Positions 36,731-47,971 of a stretch of DNA of 64,000 nt are shown one piece after another (the stretch's first letter is position 1; each line of letters begins with the position of its first letter). Location: assembly GCA_031404815.1 (NCBI GenBank), contig JANNIH010000154.1, positions 2,091 to 66,090 on the forward strand, given 5' to 3'. Both the position numbers and the translations under genes were made by a program. A model generated the notes under the pieces. The model did no database searches and was not told the origin of the DNA. It saw only the letters and a program-made list of their open reading frames with translations. The stretch comes from Holophagales bacterium (GTDB lineage: Bacteria > Acidobacteriota > Thermoanaerobaculia > Multivoradales > UBA5704).

Positions 36731-37708
36731 ATGAAGCTGATCATCCAGATTCCGTGCCTCAACGAGGAGGCCTCTTTGCCGACGACGCTCGCGGCGCTAC
36801 CGCGCACGTTGCCGGGGATCGACTGCGTGGAGTGGCTGATCGTGGACGACGGCTCGACCGATCGGACGGTTGAGGTGGCGCGCGAGCTCGGGGTCGATCA
36901 CGTCGTCCGGTTCGGCACCAACCAGGGGCTCGCCCGGGCGTTCATGGCGGGCCTCGAAGGGGCGATCCGGGCCGGGGCGGACATCATCGTCAACACGGAT
37001 GCCGACAATCAGTACGACTCGGCCGACATCCCGAAGCTGATCGAGCCGATCCTCGCCGGGCGGGCCGAGATGGTGATTGGCGCGCGGCCGATCGACGAGA
37101 TCACCCATTTCTCGCCCTGGAAAAAGCTGCTCCAGAAAGTCGGCAGTTGGGTCGTGCGCAAGGCCTCGGGCACTTCGATTCCGGACAGCCCGAGCGGATT
37201 CCGGGCGTTTTCGCGCAACGCCGCCCTCCAGCTGAACGTCTTTTCCCGCTACACCTACACGCTGGAGACAATCATCCAGGCAGGGCAGAAGGGGATTCCG
37301 ATCACCTGGGTGCCGATCCGCACCAACGCGGACCTGCGCCCCTCGCGGCTGGTCAAGGGGATCGCGGACTACGTGCGCCGATCGGTGTTCACGATCCTGC
37401 GGATCTTCCTGCTCTACCGGCCGCTCCGCTCGTTCTTCTGGGTCGGCTCCGCCTTCATCACGCCCGGGTTTCTGCTGCTCGTGCGCTGGCTGGTGTTCTA
37501 CCTCCAGGGCTCGACCCGGGTACGCGCGCCGTCGCTGATCCTGGCCGCGATCTTGATCTTGATCGGCTTCGAGACCTGGATTCTCGGCTTCGTGGCCGAT
37601 CTGCTCGCCGCGAACCGGCGTTTGCTCGAAGAGAACCAGCTCCGCCTGCGGCGCTTGGAACTCGGCGGGCCTGCACCCGTTCGAGCGAGCGAGGAACGCG
37701 ACCTTTGA
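36731..37708 (+). CDS. GT2 polyprenyl-phosphate glycosyltransferase (ArnC/GtrB/DPM-synthase-like) with C-terminal TM helices
   Basis: IPCLNEE, VDDGSTD and TDADNQYD motifs. Two C-terminal hydrophobic helices. Confidence 0.8.
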   Translation: MKLIIQIPCLNEEASLPTTLAALPRTLPGIDCVEWLIVDDGSTDRTVEVARELGVDHVVRFGTNQGLARAFMAGLEGAIRAGADIIVNTDADNQYDSADIPKLIEPILAGRAEMVIGARPIDEITHFSPWKKLLQKVGSWVVRKASGTSIPDSPSGFRAFSRNAALQLNVFSRYTYTLETIIQAGQKGIPITWVPIRTNADLRPSRLVKGIADYVRRSVFTILRIFLLYRPLRSFFWVGSAFITPGFLLLVRWLVFYLQGSTRVRAPSLILAAILILIGFETWILGFVADLLAANRRLLEENQLRLRRLELGGPAPVRASEERDL

Positions 37709-39111
37709 GCGGCTCGCCGCTCTGGAATCGGTTCGAGCGGGAGGTGATCGAGCCGGGCAACTGCCTGCACTGCGGCGCCTGCGTGGGCCTCGCGCCGGGC
37801 CTGCTGCGGTTCGAGGAGACGGCGCGCGGGCCGCTGCCGGTCCGGATTGGAACCGAAGACCCTGGTGGGGATCTCGCGCTCGCCTGGGCGGTCTGCCCCG
37901 GACGCGGTGTCCCGTACCCTGAGCTGTTCGCCCACCTCGGGCGCCCTCCGGAATCTTGGCTTCTCGGCCCTTTTCGCGAGATCTTCGTCGGCCATGCGGC
38001 AGATGCTGCGGTGCGTCGGCGCGGTGCCTCGGGCGGCGTGATCTCAGGCGTGCTCATTCATCTGCTCGAAACCGGGCGGATCGACGGCGCTGTGGTTTGC
38101 CGGCAGGGGGTCCCCACAGCCGACACCGCGAGCCCGGTGATTGCCCGCACGCGCGATGAGGTGCTCGCCGCGGCGCAGAGCATCTATGCGGTGACCCCGA
38201 TGCTTTCGATTCTGCCCGAGATGGCGAAGTTCGAAGGACGGCTCGCGTTCGTCGGCCTGCCCGAACAGGTGGCGGCGTTGCGCATGCTGCAAGCGGCCGG
38301 GCACCCTGCGGCCTTGAAGGTCGCCTTCATCGCCGGGCCGTACGTCGGCACCAACATGTATCGCGGCGCGGTGCGGGCGTTCCTGCGCGGCCATGGGGTC
38401 GCAGACGTCGTGGCGATTGCGAAGCTGGAGTGGCGGGCGGGCGAGTGGCCGGGGTATCTGCGGGTCGAGACCGCGGAGGGCCAAGTGTTTTCGGCCCACA
38501 AGTTCTATTACAACTACCTGATCCCGTTCTTCATCTCGCGCAACTGCCAGATCATCCCCGACTTCACCAACGAGGCGACCGATTTGTCGGTGGGCGACGC
38601 CTGGAGCCCGGAGCTCGAGACCGCCGGGGGCGGACATTCGGTCGTGGTGGCGCGGAGCGCATTTGCCGCCGAGCTGCTGGCCGAGATGAAGAGCGCCGGA
38701 CGGCTCGCGCTTGAAGCGATCGATTGGCAGCGCGCGGCCGCTATGCATGGGCACATGATCGACTTCAAAAAGAGGGGCGCGTTCCTGCGCCTCGATGCCC
38801 AGGCGCGGCGTGGTCTGCAGGTCCCCGACTACGGCTATCGGCCTACGGCCATCGCGCGGGAGCGCCGTATGGTCGAGGCGGTGATCAGCGGCTCGTTCCG
38901 CGTCGGCCGGCAGGGTTGGGCGCGGTGGCTCGTCTCGCAACTGCCGCTCGGCATCGTGGGTCCCGCGTTCAACGCCCTGCGCAAGGGGTGGAAGTCGATC
39001 TCGAAACCGACCAAGCGTAAAGGGCTCGCCGCAGTCGATTTTTCGTTCCGACCGAATCCGGAACGCTGGGCGGAGATTGTGGGATTCGCGGCCGGAAAAG
39101 GTGACCGGTGA
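37705..39111 (+). CDS. Coenzyme F420 hydrogenase/dehydrogenase beta-subunit-like flavoprotein (FrhB/FdhB family) with N-terminal Cys cluster
   Basis: [12 protein letters not shown] and [27 protein letters not shown] motifs. TTG start overlapping the upstream stop. Start uncertain. Confidence 0.6.
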   Translation: MSGSPLWNRFEREVIEPGNCLHCGACVGLAPGLLRFEETARGPLPVRIGTEDPGGDLALAWAVCPGRGVPYPELFAHLGRPPESWLLGPFREIFVGHAADAAVRRRGASGGVISGVLIHLLETGRIDGAVVCRQGVPTADTASPVIARTRDEVLAAAQSIYAVTPMLSILPEMAKFEGRLAFVGLPEQVAALRMLQAAGHPAALKVAFIAGPYVGTNMYRGAVRAFLRGHGVADVVAIAKLEWRAGEWPGYLRVETAEGQVFSAHKFYYNYLIPFFISRNCQIIPDFTNEATDLSVGDAWSPELETAGGGHSVVVARSAFAAELLAEMKSAGRLALEAIDWQRAAAMHGHMIDFKKRGAFLRLDAQARRGLQVPDYGYRPTAIARERRMVEAVISGSFRVGRQGWARWLVSQLPLGIVGPAFNALRKGWKSISKPTKRKGLAAVDFSFRPNPERWAEIVGFAAGKGDR

Positions 39112-40727
39112 GCGAGCTTAGGCGCGCACTCCGTGCTTACGCCGAGCGGCAGCTGCCGCGCGTGTTGACTCAGATGGACCGCGATCCGGATTCGCCCCGG
39201 TTCGGCAACTTCGACCGCAACCATTGGCACTACAAGATCCGCGATTTCTCCTCGGCGATCCTGCAGCAGGGGGCATTCACCCTCGACGCACTCCGCTGCG
39301 GCGATCTCGGCTCGACCGGCCTGTTCCGCGAAAGCGACCCCAAAAAGATCGAGTCTTGGGCCAAGGCGGCGATTGACGCGCTCGCCGCGCAAGTGCGGCG
39401 CGATGGCGGGGTGGACGAGTACTTCCCCTTCGAACGGAGCTATCCGGCGGCGGCGTTCGGACTCTATTCCGCTTGCCGACTTCTTCTCGATTGGCGCACC
39501 GCGAGGCCGGATCTGCTCGCCAGAATCGATTGGCGGGGCCTGTCGCGCCTCACGTCGCATTTGGACTCCCGGTGCGAGACGGAAGCCGCAAACCAGCAGG
39601 CGGCGGGGCTTGCGGCGCTCGCGCTCGCAGCGCGGCTGCCGGAGATTTCGTCGCGCCCTGCTCGGATCTCCGAGCACGCCGAGCGGCTGTTCGCGAGCCA
39701 ACACGAGGAAGGGTGGTTCCCCGAGTACGATGGTCCCGACTTCGGCTATCTGACCGTAACGATCGACGCGCTGGTCGACTACCACGACGCGACCGACGAC
39801 CCGAGGGCGATCCTCGCGGTCGATCGCGCCGTCGAATTCTTGAGCGTCCTGGTCGGCGCCGACGGGCGGCTCCCTTCGACCCTGAACAGCCGGAACACCG
39901 ACTACGTCGTCCCCTATGGACTCGCCCGAACAGCGGCGCGCAATCCCCGAGCGGCCTGGTTGGTCGAGACTCTTTTTCGGGAGGCCGACTCGCCCTCGCA
40001 CTTCCTCTGGGCAACCGACGATCGCTACCACAGCCACTATGTCTACGCGAGCGTGGTGCGGGCGCTCCCCCATCTCGATCGCATGTTGCCGGGCGAGCCG
40101 CCGCGCCGGAAAGCCTCTCTTTCGCTCTATGGCGCGGGGTACCTCATGGTCTGGAGCACAGACCAGAGCTGGAGCGCGGCGATCGGCCTGCGCAAAGGCG
40201 GGCTCGTGCGCATCCATCGCCGGAACGCGCCTCCGCTGCTCGATCATGGCTGGCGGGTCCGAATCGGCTCTGCGCTCTGGACCAGCAACTGGTGGCAGGG
40301 CGCGGAGGCGAAGATCGAAACCGATGGCGATCGGCTTCGAATATCAGGTGCCTGCCGCAAGGCGAGCTTTCTGCTCCCCACACCCTCGAAGCACGCCGCG
40401 CTCCGGCTCGCCTCGAAACTTCTCGGCGCGCGCCTGCTCAAACCATTAAGAAGGCTGCTGATCTTCAAACCGCAGAAAGCAGATCCGAAAGCCCCGCGCT
40501 TCGAGCGAGAGATCAAGGCGAACGAACAGGGTGTCGCAGTGCGCGACCGTTTGACCTTTCCGGTCGGAGCCGTGGCGGAACGGAGCCCGCGCCAGAACCT
40601 GCGCCATGTGGCGAGCGCCGAGAGCTTCCATCCGGAAGATCTACTGACACCGATTCCTGCGCGAATCGAGGGTGCGACCAACTCGCTCTCCGCCGAGTGG
40701 CGGTTCCCCTTCGAGGCCAACCGGTGA
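39108..40727 (+). CDS. Hypothetical protein (539 aa), possibly carbohydrate-active
   Basis: Long ORF translationally coupled to both neighbours. No family recognised. Confidence 0.5.
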   Translation: MSELRRALRAYAERQLPRVLTQMDRDPDSPRFGNFDRNHWHYKIRDFSSAILQQGAFTLDALRCGDLGSTGLFRESDPKKIESWAKAAIDALAAQVRRDGGVDEYFPFERSYPAAAFGLYSACRLLLDWRTARPDLLARIDWRGLSRLTSHLDSRCETEAANQQAAGLAALALAARLPEISSRPARISEHAERLFASQHEEGWFPEYDGPDFGYLTVTIDALVDYHDATDDPRAILAVDRAVEFLSVLVGADGRLPSTLNSRNTDYVVPYGLARTAARNPRAAWLVETLFREADSPSHFLWATDDRYHSHYVYASVVRALPHLDRMLPGEPPRRKASLSLYGAGYLMVWSTDQSWSAAIGLRKGGLVRIHRRNAPPLLDHGWRVRIGSALWTSNWWQGAEAKIETDGDRLRISGACRKASFLLPTPSKHAALRLASKLLGARLLKPLRRLLIFKPQKADPKAPRFEREIKANEQGVAVRDRLTFPVGAVAERSPRQNLRHVASAESFHPEDLLTPIPARIEGATNSLSAEWRFPFEANR

Positions 40728-42391
40728 TCGGAGCCAACCAGGAGCCGGCTTCCGGGAGCGGCTTTCGGATCGCGTTGTTCGCTTTGCTCGCCGGGGCCGC
40801 GACGCTCTTTCTGCTCGGGATCACCTGGGGTTTGCCGAGCTGGCGTGGTTGGGCCGGGGACGAGATCCGGCCGAGCCAGGTGGCCAACGCGGTTCATCGG
40901 GCATTTTCCGGTGGGTGGCACACCAAGTACCCGCCGTTTCATTTCTACATCCTGGCGCTCGTCCAGGCGCCGCTTCGGGCGCTCGCCGGGACCGGCGCGG
41001 TGTCTGCCAAGGGGCTCGATCTCAACAGCTGGCTGTTCGTCCTGTCGCGCCTGGTGAGCGTAGGAATGGCGCTCGGAGCGGTGGCCTCGATAGTTGCCGT
41101 GGGGCGCTCGCTTTCCGGGAAACGCGCCGGACTGTTCGCCGGGGCTTCTGTTGCGACCGGTGCGCCGTTCGTCTACTTCTCGAAAACCGCGAACGTCGAG
41201 ATGCCGTTCCTGTTCTGGTTCGCGCTGTCGCTGCTCTTCTTCGTCCGGCTGCTCGATTTTCATCGGCTCCGCGACTACCTCCTATTCACCACCTTTGCGG
41301 TGTTCGCGATTACCAGCAAGGACCAAGCGTACGGGCTCTATGTCCTCGCGCCGCTCGCGGTGCTTCCAGGGTTGATACGGGCAAGGGCCAGCGAGGGCGT
41401 TCGCGGAGGATTCCTTGCCGCGCTGGTCGATCGGCGCATCCTCGCGGTGCTTGGGTCAGGCTTGGCACTCGCCGCCGTGATTTACAACTGGCCGGGCAAT
41501 TGGGGTGGCTTTCTCGCGCACGTGCGCACTCTGCTCGGCCCGCAATCGGAAGAGGCGAAGGCGTTCGCCAACACTCCCGGCGGCCACCTGGGCAACCTGG
41601 TCCAAAATTTGTCGCACCTGCGGTTTTCGGTTGGGTGGCCCGCGTTTGCGATCGGCGCGATCGGCACGATTCATACCCTCGCCACGGCGCGCGACCGGGA
41701 GAGAAAGCGATTCGGCGCGCTGGCGCTCCTCGCGGCCTCGTACTACCTAACCTTCTTGGGGCCGATCCTGTTCAGCCGCGACCGCTATGTCCTGCCGCTC
41801 GCGCTGTTGCTCTCATTGGTCGCCGGACGGTTCCTCGCGGCGATCACCCGATCGGGCCGACGAACGGTCCGAGGGGCCGGCACTCTCGCCGCGGTCATTG
41901 TGCTCAGCTCTGGCATCCTCTACGCCCTGTCGGTCGATCGGCGCATGATCCACGATGCGCGCTACGACGCCGAAGCGTTCGCGCGGGACAACGGTGGGAC
42001 GCGCCAGGCCTTGGCGCTCGGGCGGGCCAAGCACGCGCCCCGGATGCCGCACGCCGGTTGGGGAAGTTTTCCGGGCGTGCTGGCGCGGCGGGCACCCGCC
42101 GTCGTCGCGGTCAACGTGATCGACCTACGCTCGCCGAAAGAGCATGCAGCCTACGAGAAGCTGACCTCCGGGGAGCTCGGCTATTTCCTCGCCAAGCGTT
42201 TCGAGTGGCGCTCCCGGTGGGACATTCTGGATACGCGCAATACATTTTCGAGCCTGGTCTTCATCAATCCGGAGATGGCGCTGTTTCGCCGCGATCCTTC
42301 GCTGCCAGAGGGCGGGCGATCCGACCGCCTCGTCGGCTCGTTCGAGGACGAGGCTCCGGCGACGGACGAGCCGACGACCGACGAGGAGTAA
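40724..42391 (+). CDS. GT-C fold membrane glycosyltransferase (ArnT/PMT/GT39/DUF2723-like)
   Basis: GTG start overlapping the upstream stop. First-loop WAGDEI motif, 10 or more TM helices, C-terminal soluble domain. Confidence 0.55.
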   Translation: MIGANQEPASGSGFRIALFALLAGAATLFLLGITWGLPSWRGWAGDEIRPSQVANAVHRAFSGGWHTKYPPFHFYILALVQAPLRALAGTGAVSAKGLDLNSWLFVLSRLVSVGMALGAVASIVAVGRSLSGKRAGLFAGASVATGAPFVYFSKTANVEMPFLFWFALSLLFFVRLLDFHRLRDYLLFTTFAVFAITSKDQAYGLYVLAPLAVLPGLIRARASEGVRGGFLAALVDRRILAVLGSGLALAAVIYNWPGNWGGFLAHVRTLLGPQSEEAKAFANTPGGHLGNLVQNLSHLRFSVGWPAFAIGAIGTIHTLATARDRERKRFGALALLAASYYLTFLGPILFSRDRYVLPLALLLSLVAGRFLAAITRSGRRTVRGAGTLAAVIVLSSGILYALSVDRRMIHDARYDAEAFARDNGGTRQALALGRAKHAPRMPHAGWGSFPGVLARRAPAVVAVNVIDLRSPKEHAAYEKLTSGELGYFLAKRFEWRSRWDILDTRNTFSSLVFINPEMALFRRDPSLPEGGRSDRLVGSFEDEAPATDEPTTDEE

Positions 42392-42457
42392 GGGGGCTCG
42401 CCCTCCTGCTCGTGTTGCGTTACGCGCTGCTGCCAATCTAGAAGCGGAGATGACGCC

Positions 42458-43003
42458 TCAGCCCGAAAACGCGTCGACCCGTTCGTCTTCCGCCAACTCG
42501 ACCATCGAACCGGCGCGGTGCAGGAAGCGCAGCAGCCGATGGAAGCCGGCGAGCATCTCTGCGAGCGCCTGTTCCTCTTCCGCTGGTAGCGGGCGGTCGA
42601 TCCCGAGAGTCCGATAAACATCGACCGCCGGCCCGCTCTCGGCACCGGACGACAGTCCTCCGCGCCAAGCGGTCGGCCAGCCGCTCGCCGACAACGGCTC
42701 CTGGCGGCGGCCGGTTGGCGGGCGCTCGTTTACGATCTGGAGGGCGTTGTGGAGATCGGAGAGATCGCTCCCGAGCGCCTCGAGAATCTTCTCGAGCGTA
42801 TCGAGCGAGGGCTTTTGCTTGCCGGTCTCGTAGGCTGAAAGCATCGCCTTGGTGATCCCGGCCGCGTCGGCCACCTGATACTGCCTCTTGCCCTGGCGAT
42901 CGCGCAGCCAGCGCAGGGACCTTCCCAAACCAATAAAAATGGGCATGTCGACGACGATAGCGCGCTCGGACTCGATTGGCAACCGTAAGCTCATTTCTTT
43001 CAA
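42458..43003 (-). CDS. XRE-family helix-turn-helix transcriptional regulator
   Basis: LRWLRDRQGKRQYQVADAAGITKAMLSAYETGKQKPSLDTLEKILEAL. Start uncertain. Confidence 0.65.
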   Translation of the reverse strand: MKEMSLRLPIESERAIVVDMPIFIGLGRSLRWLRDRQGKRQYQVADAAGITKAMLSAYETGKQKPSLDTLEKILEALGSDLSDLHNALQIVNERPPTGRRQEPLSASGWPTAWRGGLSSGAESGPAVDVYRTLGIDRPLPAEEEQALAEMLAGFHRLLRFLHRAGSMVELAEDERVDAFSG

Positions 43004-43219
43004 TAGCTTACATCCTGGGCCGCAGTAGCGCGTGACCGCAACTTGTTGCTTGACAAAGACAAGATGCAGCGCCTAGAGTTGCCGACAGCGAGAAAATGTT
43101 TTGCCGTAGCGCTGCAAAGGACGATCTGCTATCTCCTTTTGGAGCGCCGAGTTTCCTTCCCGTGGTGGGTACCGGTTCGGCGAATTTGTGCGGATTGGGT
43201 CCCTGGAGGCCTCTCTAGA

Positions 43220-44611
43220 ATGATCGTGAGCCACCCTGACGTTTCTATCCTCAAGCGCTTTTTGCGCGGTGATCTGACGGCGGAAGACCGACGCAGCGTA
43301 GTACGGCACCTGATCGGCGGCTGTACCGCCTGCCGCAGTTTGGCCGGTGAGTTCTGGCAAGCTCCGGGCGGGGCGAACCGGCCACGGTCGACTCGGGCCA
43401 CTCCGAAGGCTGTCATGACTGCGACATCGGTTGCCGAGCCTGCCGAATATCAGGCGGCAATCGACCACGCAGTTCGCGCGGTGCGCGACCGACGCCCGGC
43501 GCTCGCGGAAGCGCGGAAACGGACCCCGGAGCTGCTCGTCGAGTTGCTCGCGGTCGAGCCAGAGCAGCGCCTCTCCTTGGCCCAGGGAGATCCCCGTTTC
43601 GCGATTCCCGCGCTGTGCGCGGCGATCCTCGCCCTGCGCTCCGCAGGGGAGACCGCGGGTGCTTCGAGCGCACCCCTGGTCGCGCCGCGAGAACTCGCCG
43701 ACCTAGGACTCGCCATCGCGGAACGCCTGGATGCCGCCAAGTGGGGGACTTCGATCGTGCGCGACCTCGAAGCCCGTGCTTGGGCGCATCGCGGGGATGT
43801 GGCGCGCGAGGCGGGCTCGGGCGAGGAAGCGCAGCGGGCGTTCCGGATGGCGCACTCGCTCTACGCATTGAGTTCCCAGGATCCATGGGATTGGGCCGAA
43901 ATCTCGCGCTTTGAGGCACGGTTCGAGCTCTCTCGGGGGTACGCGGAGGCGGCGACCGCATTGGGCCTCGAAGCCGCGACGCTCTACCGCAAGCTCGGCG
44001 AGCGCGATCTTCTGGCCGTCACGCTCGCCGAAGTCGGACCGATGGCCGTTCGCGCGAGGCGGCCGGACCTGGCGGTCAGCGCTCTTCTGGAGGCAGTGGA
44101 ACTGTTTGACCCCGTGCGCGAATCGCGCCGCCTCGCCGGCTGCCTTCACTGGCTCGGCGCTCTGTTGGTCCGCACCGAGCGCGCTCGAGAATCACTCGGT
44201 CATCTCTGGCGCGCCCGTTCGCTCTATGAACGCCTCGGCGAGCCGGAGGAAGTACTTCGCGTCCGTTGGATCGAAGCGCGCGCAGCCCTCGCGCTGGGTA
44301 GCCTGGCCGAAGGGGAGAAGGCGCTCCTCTCGGTGCGCGGCCACCTGCTCGTGGCGGGTCTCAGCCAAGATGCGGCGGGAGTACTGCTCGACCTTTCTCA
44401 GCTCTATTTGAGCCAGGGACGAATGCAGGAAATGGGCGAGCTGTTCGAGGAGATCTTCTTGCCGTACCGGACGCGTGACCTCGAAAGCGGAACGATTGGA
44501 GCGCTCCTAATGCTGCGCCGCGCTGTCGAAACCGATTGCGCGACCCTCGAGCTGGTCCATGAACTCGCCAACTACCTCGCTGCCTGTCGACCAATCTTCC
44601 GGCCGGGTTAG
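43220..44611 (+). CDS. Hypothetical regulatory protein: N-terminal Cys-rich (GGCTACRS) motif plus TPR-like helical repeats
   Basis: ATG at 43220 with a GGAGG RBS. Divergent from the XRE regulator. Confidence 0.55.
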   Translation: MIVSHPDVSILKRFLRGDLTAEDRRSVVRHLIGGCTACRSLAGEFWQAPGGANRPRSTRATPKAVMTATSVAEPAEYQAAIDHAVRAVRDRRPALAEARKRTPELLVELLAVEPEQRLSLAQGDPRFAIPALCAAILALRSAGETAGASSAPLVAPRELADLGLAIAERLDAAKWGTSIVRDLEARAWAHRGDVAREAGSGEEAQRAFRMAHSLYALSSQDPWDWAEISRFEARFELSRGYAEAATALGLEAATLYRKLGERDLLAVTLAEVGPMAVRARRPDLAVSALLEAVELFDPVRESRRLAGCLHWLGALLVRTERARESLGHLWRARSLYERLGEPEEVLRVRWIEARAALALGSLAEGEKALLSVRGHLLVAGLSQDAAGVLLDLSQLYLSQGRMQEMGELFEEIFLPYRTRDLESGTIGALLMLRRAVETDCATLELVHELANYLAACRPIFRPG

Positions 44612-44729
44612 GGCGCTCTCGGGTCGGGGGGCAACCGACTCGAGCGCGCGATTCGGGGACGGCCTCTAGGGCCGCCCCCACATTCCTGCCGCTGGCCGAG
44701 ACCACGCGAGGGGCAAGGAAGACCTGCCG

Positions 44730-47700
44730 CTACCTCTTTTGGCGCTGCTCCCACTCCTCGCGGGTCAGGACCTTGATGGGCTCGCGCTTGGCTTTCGCGA
44801 GCGTGCCGTTCACCGTGGGCACGTCCTTTGCGCGAAGCGCCTCGAGCTGGGCCCCCGCCCGGGCCAGCTGTTTTTCAAGCAACACCTTAGCGTCGAGCTG
44901 CGCTCGGGTCGGCCGGCCGTCGTAGCCGTTGATCCCACCATAGGCGGCGGTGAGCTTCTCGCGCAGTTGCTCTTCACCCGACAGCCAGCCGCCGGGACCG
45001 GTTGCAACGAGCGTCTTGTACAGCTCCCAAATCTGCTTCGAGAGCGCCTCGAGCGTCTTCCTAGCCGGATCGCCCGCTTTGGATTCCGCCGCCTTCGCAT
45101 CGGCCTGACCACGGATGTCGGCCAGGGTCTCGGCGATGTAGGTGAGGGTCGCGAGTGAGTTGTAAGCTTCGAGTGCGGCCGCATACTGGGCCGCCCGGTC
45201 CTCCGCCGAGTGCTTCGCCCGCGGATCGGAGACGACCTGGATCACCTGCTCAAGCGCCTGGCTCCCTTTGGTCAGCTTGATCGTGTAGGTTCCGGGAAGC
45301 ACACGCGGTCCCTGGAACGAGTTGCCCCCCGCAATCACCAAAGAGGTCGCGGCCGGCAGCTTCGGGGGAGGCAGGCGCATCGACCAAGCGACCCGATTGA
45401 TCCCTTTTCGTTTGCCCGCCGGCAAGGTGGAGAGCAGCTTGCCGTCCGGACCGAAAACCTCGATCTTGAGTTCGCCGACCACATGCCGCTTCTTCAGGTA
45501 GTAAACAATCTGCGCGGAATCGTCCGGGTTCTGGCCCGAGAACTCATCATCACCGGCGAAATCCTGAATTCCCGCTTCGATCTTCTGCACCGCCGTTCGC
45601 GCTGGCAGGAACGCCACCTCGGCATTGCGGATCTCCGGGGTCAGCTGCCGGATCGGCGTCAGGTCGTCGAGAATGTAGATTCCTCGACCGTGCGTCGCGA
45701 GGATCAGGTCGCCCTCGCGCGGATGGATCGCGATGCCGCGCACAGCGACTTTCGGCAGGTTCCCGGAAAAACGCGCCCAGGTGGCCCCCCTATCGACAGA
45801 CAGGTAGAGGCCGAGCTCGGTTCCGACGAACAGGAGGCTCGGGTTGACCGGATCTTGGCGCACGACGTGCGCATAGCCCGCCAGCGTGTCGGAGCCGAGA
45901 GATTTCCAGCTCTGGCCGAAATCGGTCGTCTCGTAGACGTAGGTCTTCATGTCGCCAACCGTGTGGTTGTCGAACGTGGCGAACGCGGTCCCCGCCTCGT
46001 GCGGGCTCGGTTCGATCGTCGAAACCCAGGCGTTCTTGGGTAGGCCGGGGAGGTTCTTTGCCAGATTTGCCCAACTCTTGCCGCCATCGCGGGTGAGTTG
46101 GATGTTGCCGTCATCGGTTCCCACCCAAATCTGGCTCGGGTCTTGGGGCGACTCGGCGATGCTGTAGATCGTGGTGTGATTCTCGGCGCTCGAGTTGTCG
46201 ATCGACAGGCCACCCGATTGGCGTTGCTTCTGTTTGGCCGGATCGTTGGTGGTGAGGTCGGGCGAGATCTTGATCCACGACGCGCCCTGATCGAGGCTTT
46301 GGAACAGAAACTGGCCGCCCAGGTAGAGCACTCCGGGGCGGGTCGGAGACTGCGCGATCGGAGTGTTCCAGTTGAAGCGGTAGTCGGGATCGCCCGCACC
46401 CGGAGAGGGCTTGATATCGCGCGACTCTCCGGTCTTGACGTTGATCCGGGTGATCGCCCCGCCTTGGGATTCGGTGTAAACGTAGTCCGGGTCGGAGCTG
46501 TCGCGCATCGCCCAGAAACCGTCGCCGCCGCCGATGTTCTGCCAATGCTTGTTGCGGATCCCGCCGATCGATTCTGAGGGTCCCATCCAGGAACCGTTGT
46601 CCTGAAGGCCGCCGTAGACATTGTACGGGCGTTCCATATCGTAAGTGACATGGTAGAACTGAGAGACCGGGAGCGCCCCGACGAAGCGCCAATGGCTCGC
46701 CTGGTCGTAGGAGATGTAGACCCCGCCGTCGGTGCCCAAGATCAGCTGCTGCGGATTGCGCGGATCGATCCAGAGGGCGTGATGATCGGAGTGCGGACCG
46801 CCACCGAAGCCACCGCTGCTGAACGTCTTGCCGCCGTCCTCGGAGAGGGTGAGAGACAGGCCCGGCTTGTAGATCGTGTCGAAGTCGGTCGGATCGACCA
46901 CCAGATGGGCGAAATAGAACGGCCGGACTTGCAAGTTGAACGCGGTGTTCATCTCGGCCCACGATCCCCCGGAGTCGTCCGAACGGTAGAGCGCGGTGAC
47001 TTCCGATTCAACGAGCGCATAGACCACGCTCGGGCGAGAGGGCGCTATGGCGACCGCGACCCGACCTTTGAGGCCGGCGGGCAGGCCGTTGGTGAGCGGT
47101 TTCCAGGTTTCGCCGCCGTCGGTCGATTTGTACAGACCGCTGCCGGCTCCACCGGAGCTAAACGACCAACCGGTGCGGCGAAACGTCCACATCCCGGCGT
47201 ACAGGATGCGCGGATCTTGGGGGTCCACACTGATGTCCGAGCAGCCGGTGTCGGGGTTGGCGTAGAGCGTCTTCTTCCAGCTCTTGCCGCCGTCCGTCGT
47301 CTTGTAGACACCGCGGTCCTCGTTCGCGTTCCAGAGGTGGCCGGTGGCGCAAACCCATACCGTGTTCGAGTCCTTGGAGCTCACCTCTATGCGGGCGATC
47401 CGCTCGCTGTTCTCTAAACCCATGCGCTGCCAGGAGTCGCCGCCGTCGATCGTCTTGTAGACGCCGTCGCCGATCGAGGTGCTGTTGCGAGTCCACGATT
47501 CGCCGGTGCCGACCCAGACCGTCTTCGGGTTCGAGGGATCGACGCGCACGGCGCCGATCGACTGGGTGTGCTCATCGAAGATCGGCTTGTAGGAGACCCC
47601 GCCGTCGGTCGACTTCCAAACACCGCCCGAAGCCGCACCGACATAGAGTGTGAGCGGGTGGGTGGGGACGACATCGATCGCGGCGATCCGGCCACTCATG

Positions 47701-47858
47701 GTGGCCGGTCCAATCGCGCGGGCCGACAAGCCACCGAAGGTATTCGAGTCGATCTCCTGCGCGACGGCGTACCGAGCACCGAGACTGGAGGCTGAAAGAA
47801 GGGCGGAGAGCGCGAAAGCCGCGATGCGGCCTTGGGCGAATGGACGAAACGAAGGCAT
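44730..47858 (-). CDS. Secreted BNR/Asp-box sortilin/VPS10-like beta-propeller protein (paralog 2, 1042 aa)
   Basis: Signal peptide. Multiple SxDxGxSW motifs. Collinear similarity with paralogs 1 and 3. Confidence 0.85.
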   Translation of the reverse strand: MPSFRPFAQGRIAAFALSALLSASSLGARYAVAQEIDSNTFGGLSARAIGPATMSGRIAAIDVVPTHPLTLYVGAASGGVWKSTDGGVSYKPIFDEHTQSIGAVRVDPSNPKTVWVGTGESWTRNSTSIGDGVYKTIDGGDSWQRMGLENSERIARIEVSSKDSNTVWVCATGHLWNANEDRGVYKTTDGGKSWKKTLYANPDTGCSDISVDPQDPRILYAGMWTFRRTGWSFSSGGAGSGLYKSTDGGETWKPLTNGLPAGLKGRVAVAIAPSRPSVVYALVESEVTALYRSDDSGGSWAEMNTAFNLQVRPFYFAHLVVDPTDFDTIYKPGLSLTLSEDGGKTFSSGGFGGGPHSDHHALWIDPRNPQQLILGTDGGVYISYDQASHWRFVGALPVSQFYHVTYDMERPYNVYGGLQDNGSWMGPSESIGGIRNKHWQNIGGGDGFWAMRDSSDPDYVYTESQGGAITRINVKTGESRDIKPSPGAGDPDYRFNWNTPIAQSPTRPGVLYLGGQFLFQSLDQGASWIKISPDLTTNDPAKQKQRQSGGLSIDNSSAENHTTIYSIAESPQDPSQIWVGTDDGNIQLTRDGGKSWANLAKNLPGLPKNAWVSTIEPSPHEAGTAFATFDNHTVGDMKTYVYETTDFGQSWKSLGSDTLAGYAHVVRQDPVNPSLLFVGTELGLYLSVDRGATWARFSGNLPKVAVRGIAIHPREGDLILATHGRGIYILDDLTPIRQLTPEIRNAEVAFLPARTAVQKIEAGIQDFAGDDEFSGQNPDDSAQIVYYLKKRHVVGELKIEVFGPDGKLLSTLPAGKRKGINRVAWSMRLPPPKLPAATSLVIAGGNSFQGPRVLPGTYTIKLTKGSQALEQVIQVVSDPRAKHSAEDRAAQYAAALEAYNSLATLTYIAETLADIRGQADAKAAESKAGDPARKTLEALSKQIWELYKTLVATGPGGWLSGEEQLREKLTAAYGGINGYDGRPTRAQLDAKVLLEKQLARAGAQLEALRAKDVPTVNGTLAKAKREPIKVLTREEWEQRQKR

Positions 47859-47971
47859 GGTTCTCCCTTTCCGGCGGGACTTAGAGCCGAGGCGCCGCCC
47901 GAGACCGGACGGCTCGCAAGCGAAAGGGCTCGCGCCGACGATTCGGACGCGAGCCCCGAGGTACGAATCGA

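Noticed and set aside
39473-40723. 5-prime extension of the long ORF 39473-42391 upstream of the chosen GTG start at 40724
   Set aside because: This portion is an alternate frame of the 39108-40727 gene with Arg/Pro-rich translation. A GTG start at the stop/start overlap fits the operon structure better. The start remains uncertain.
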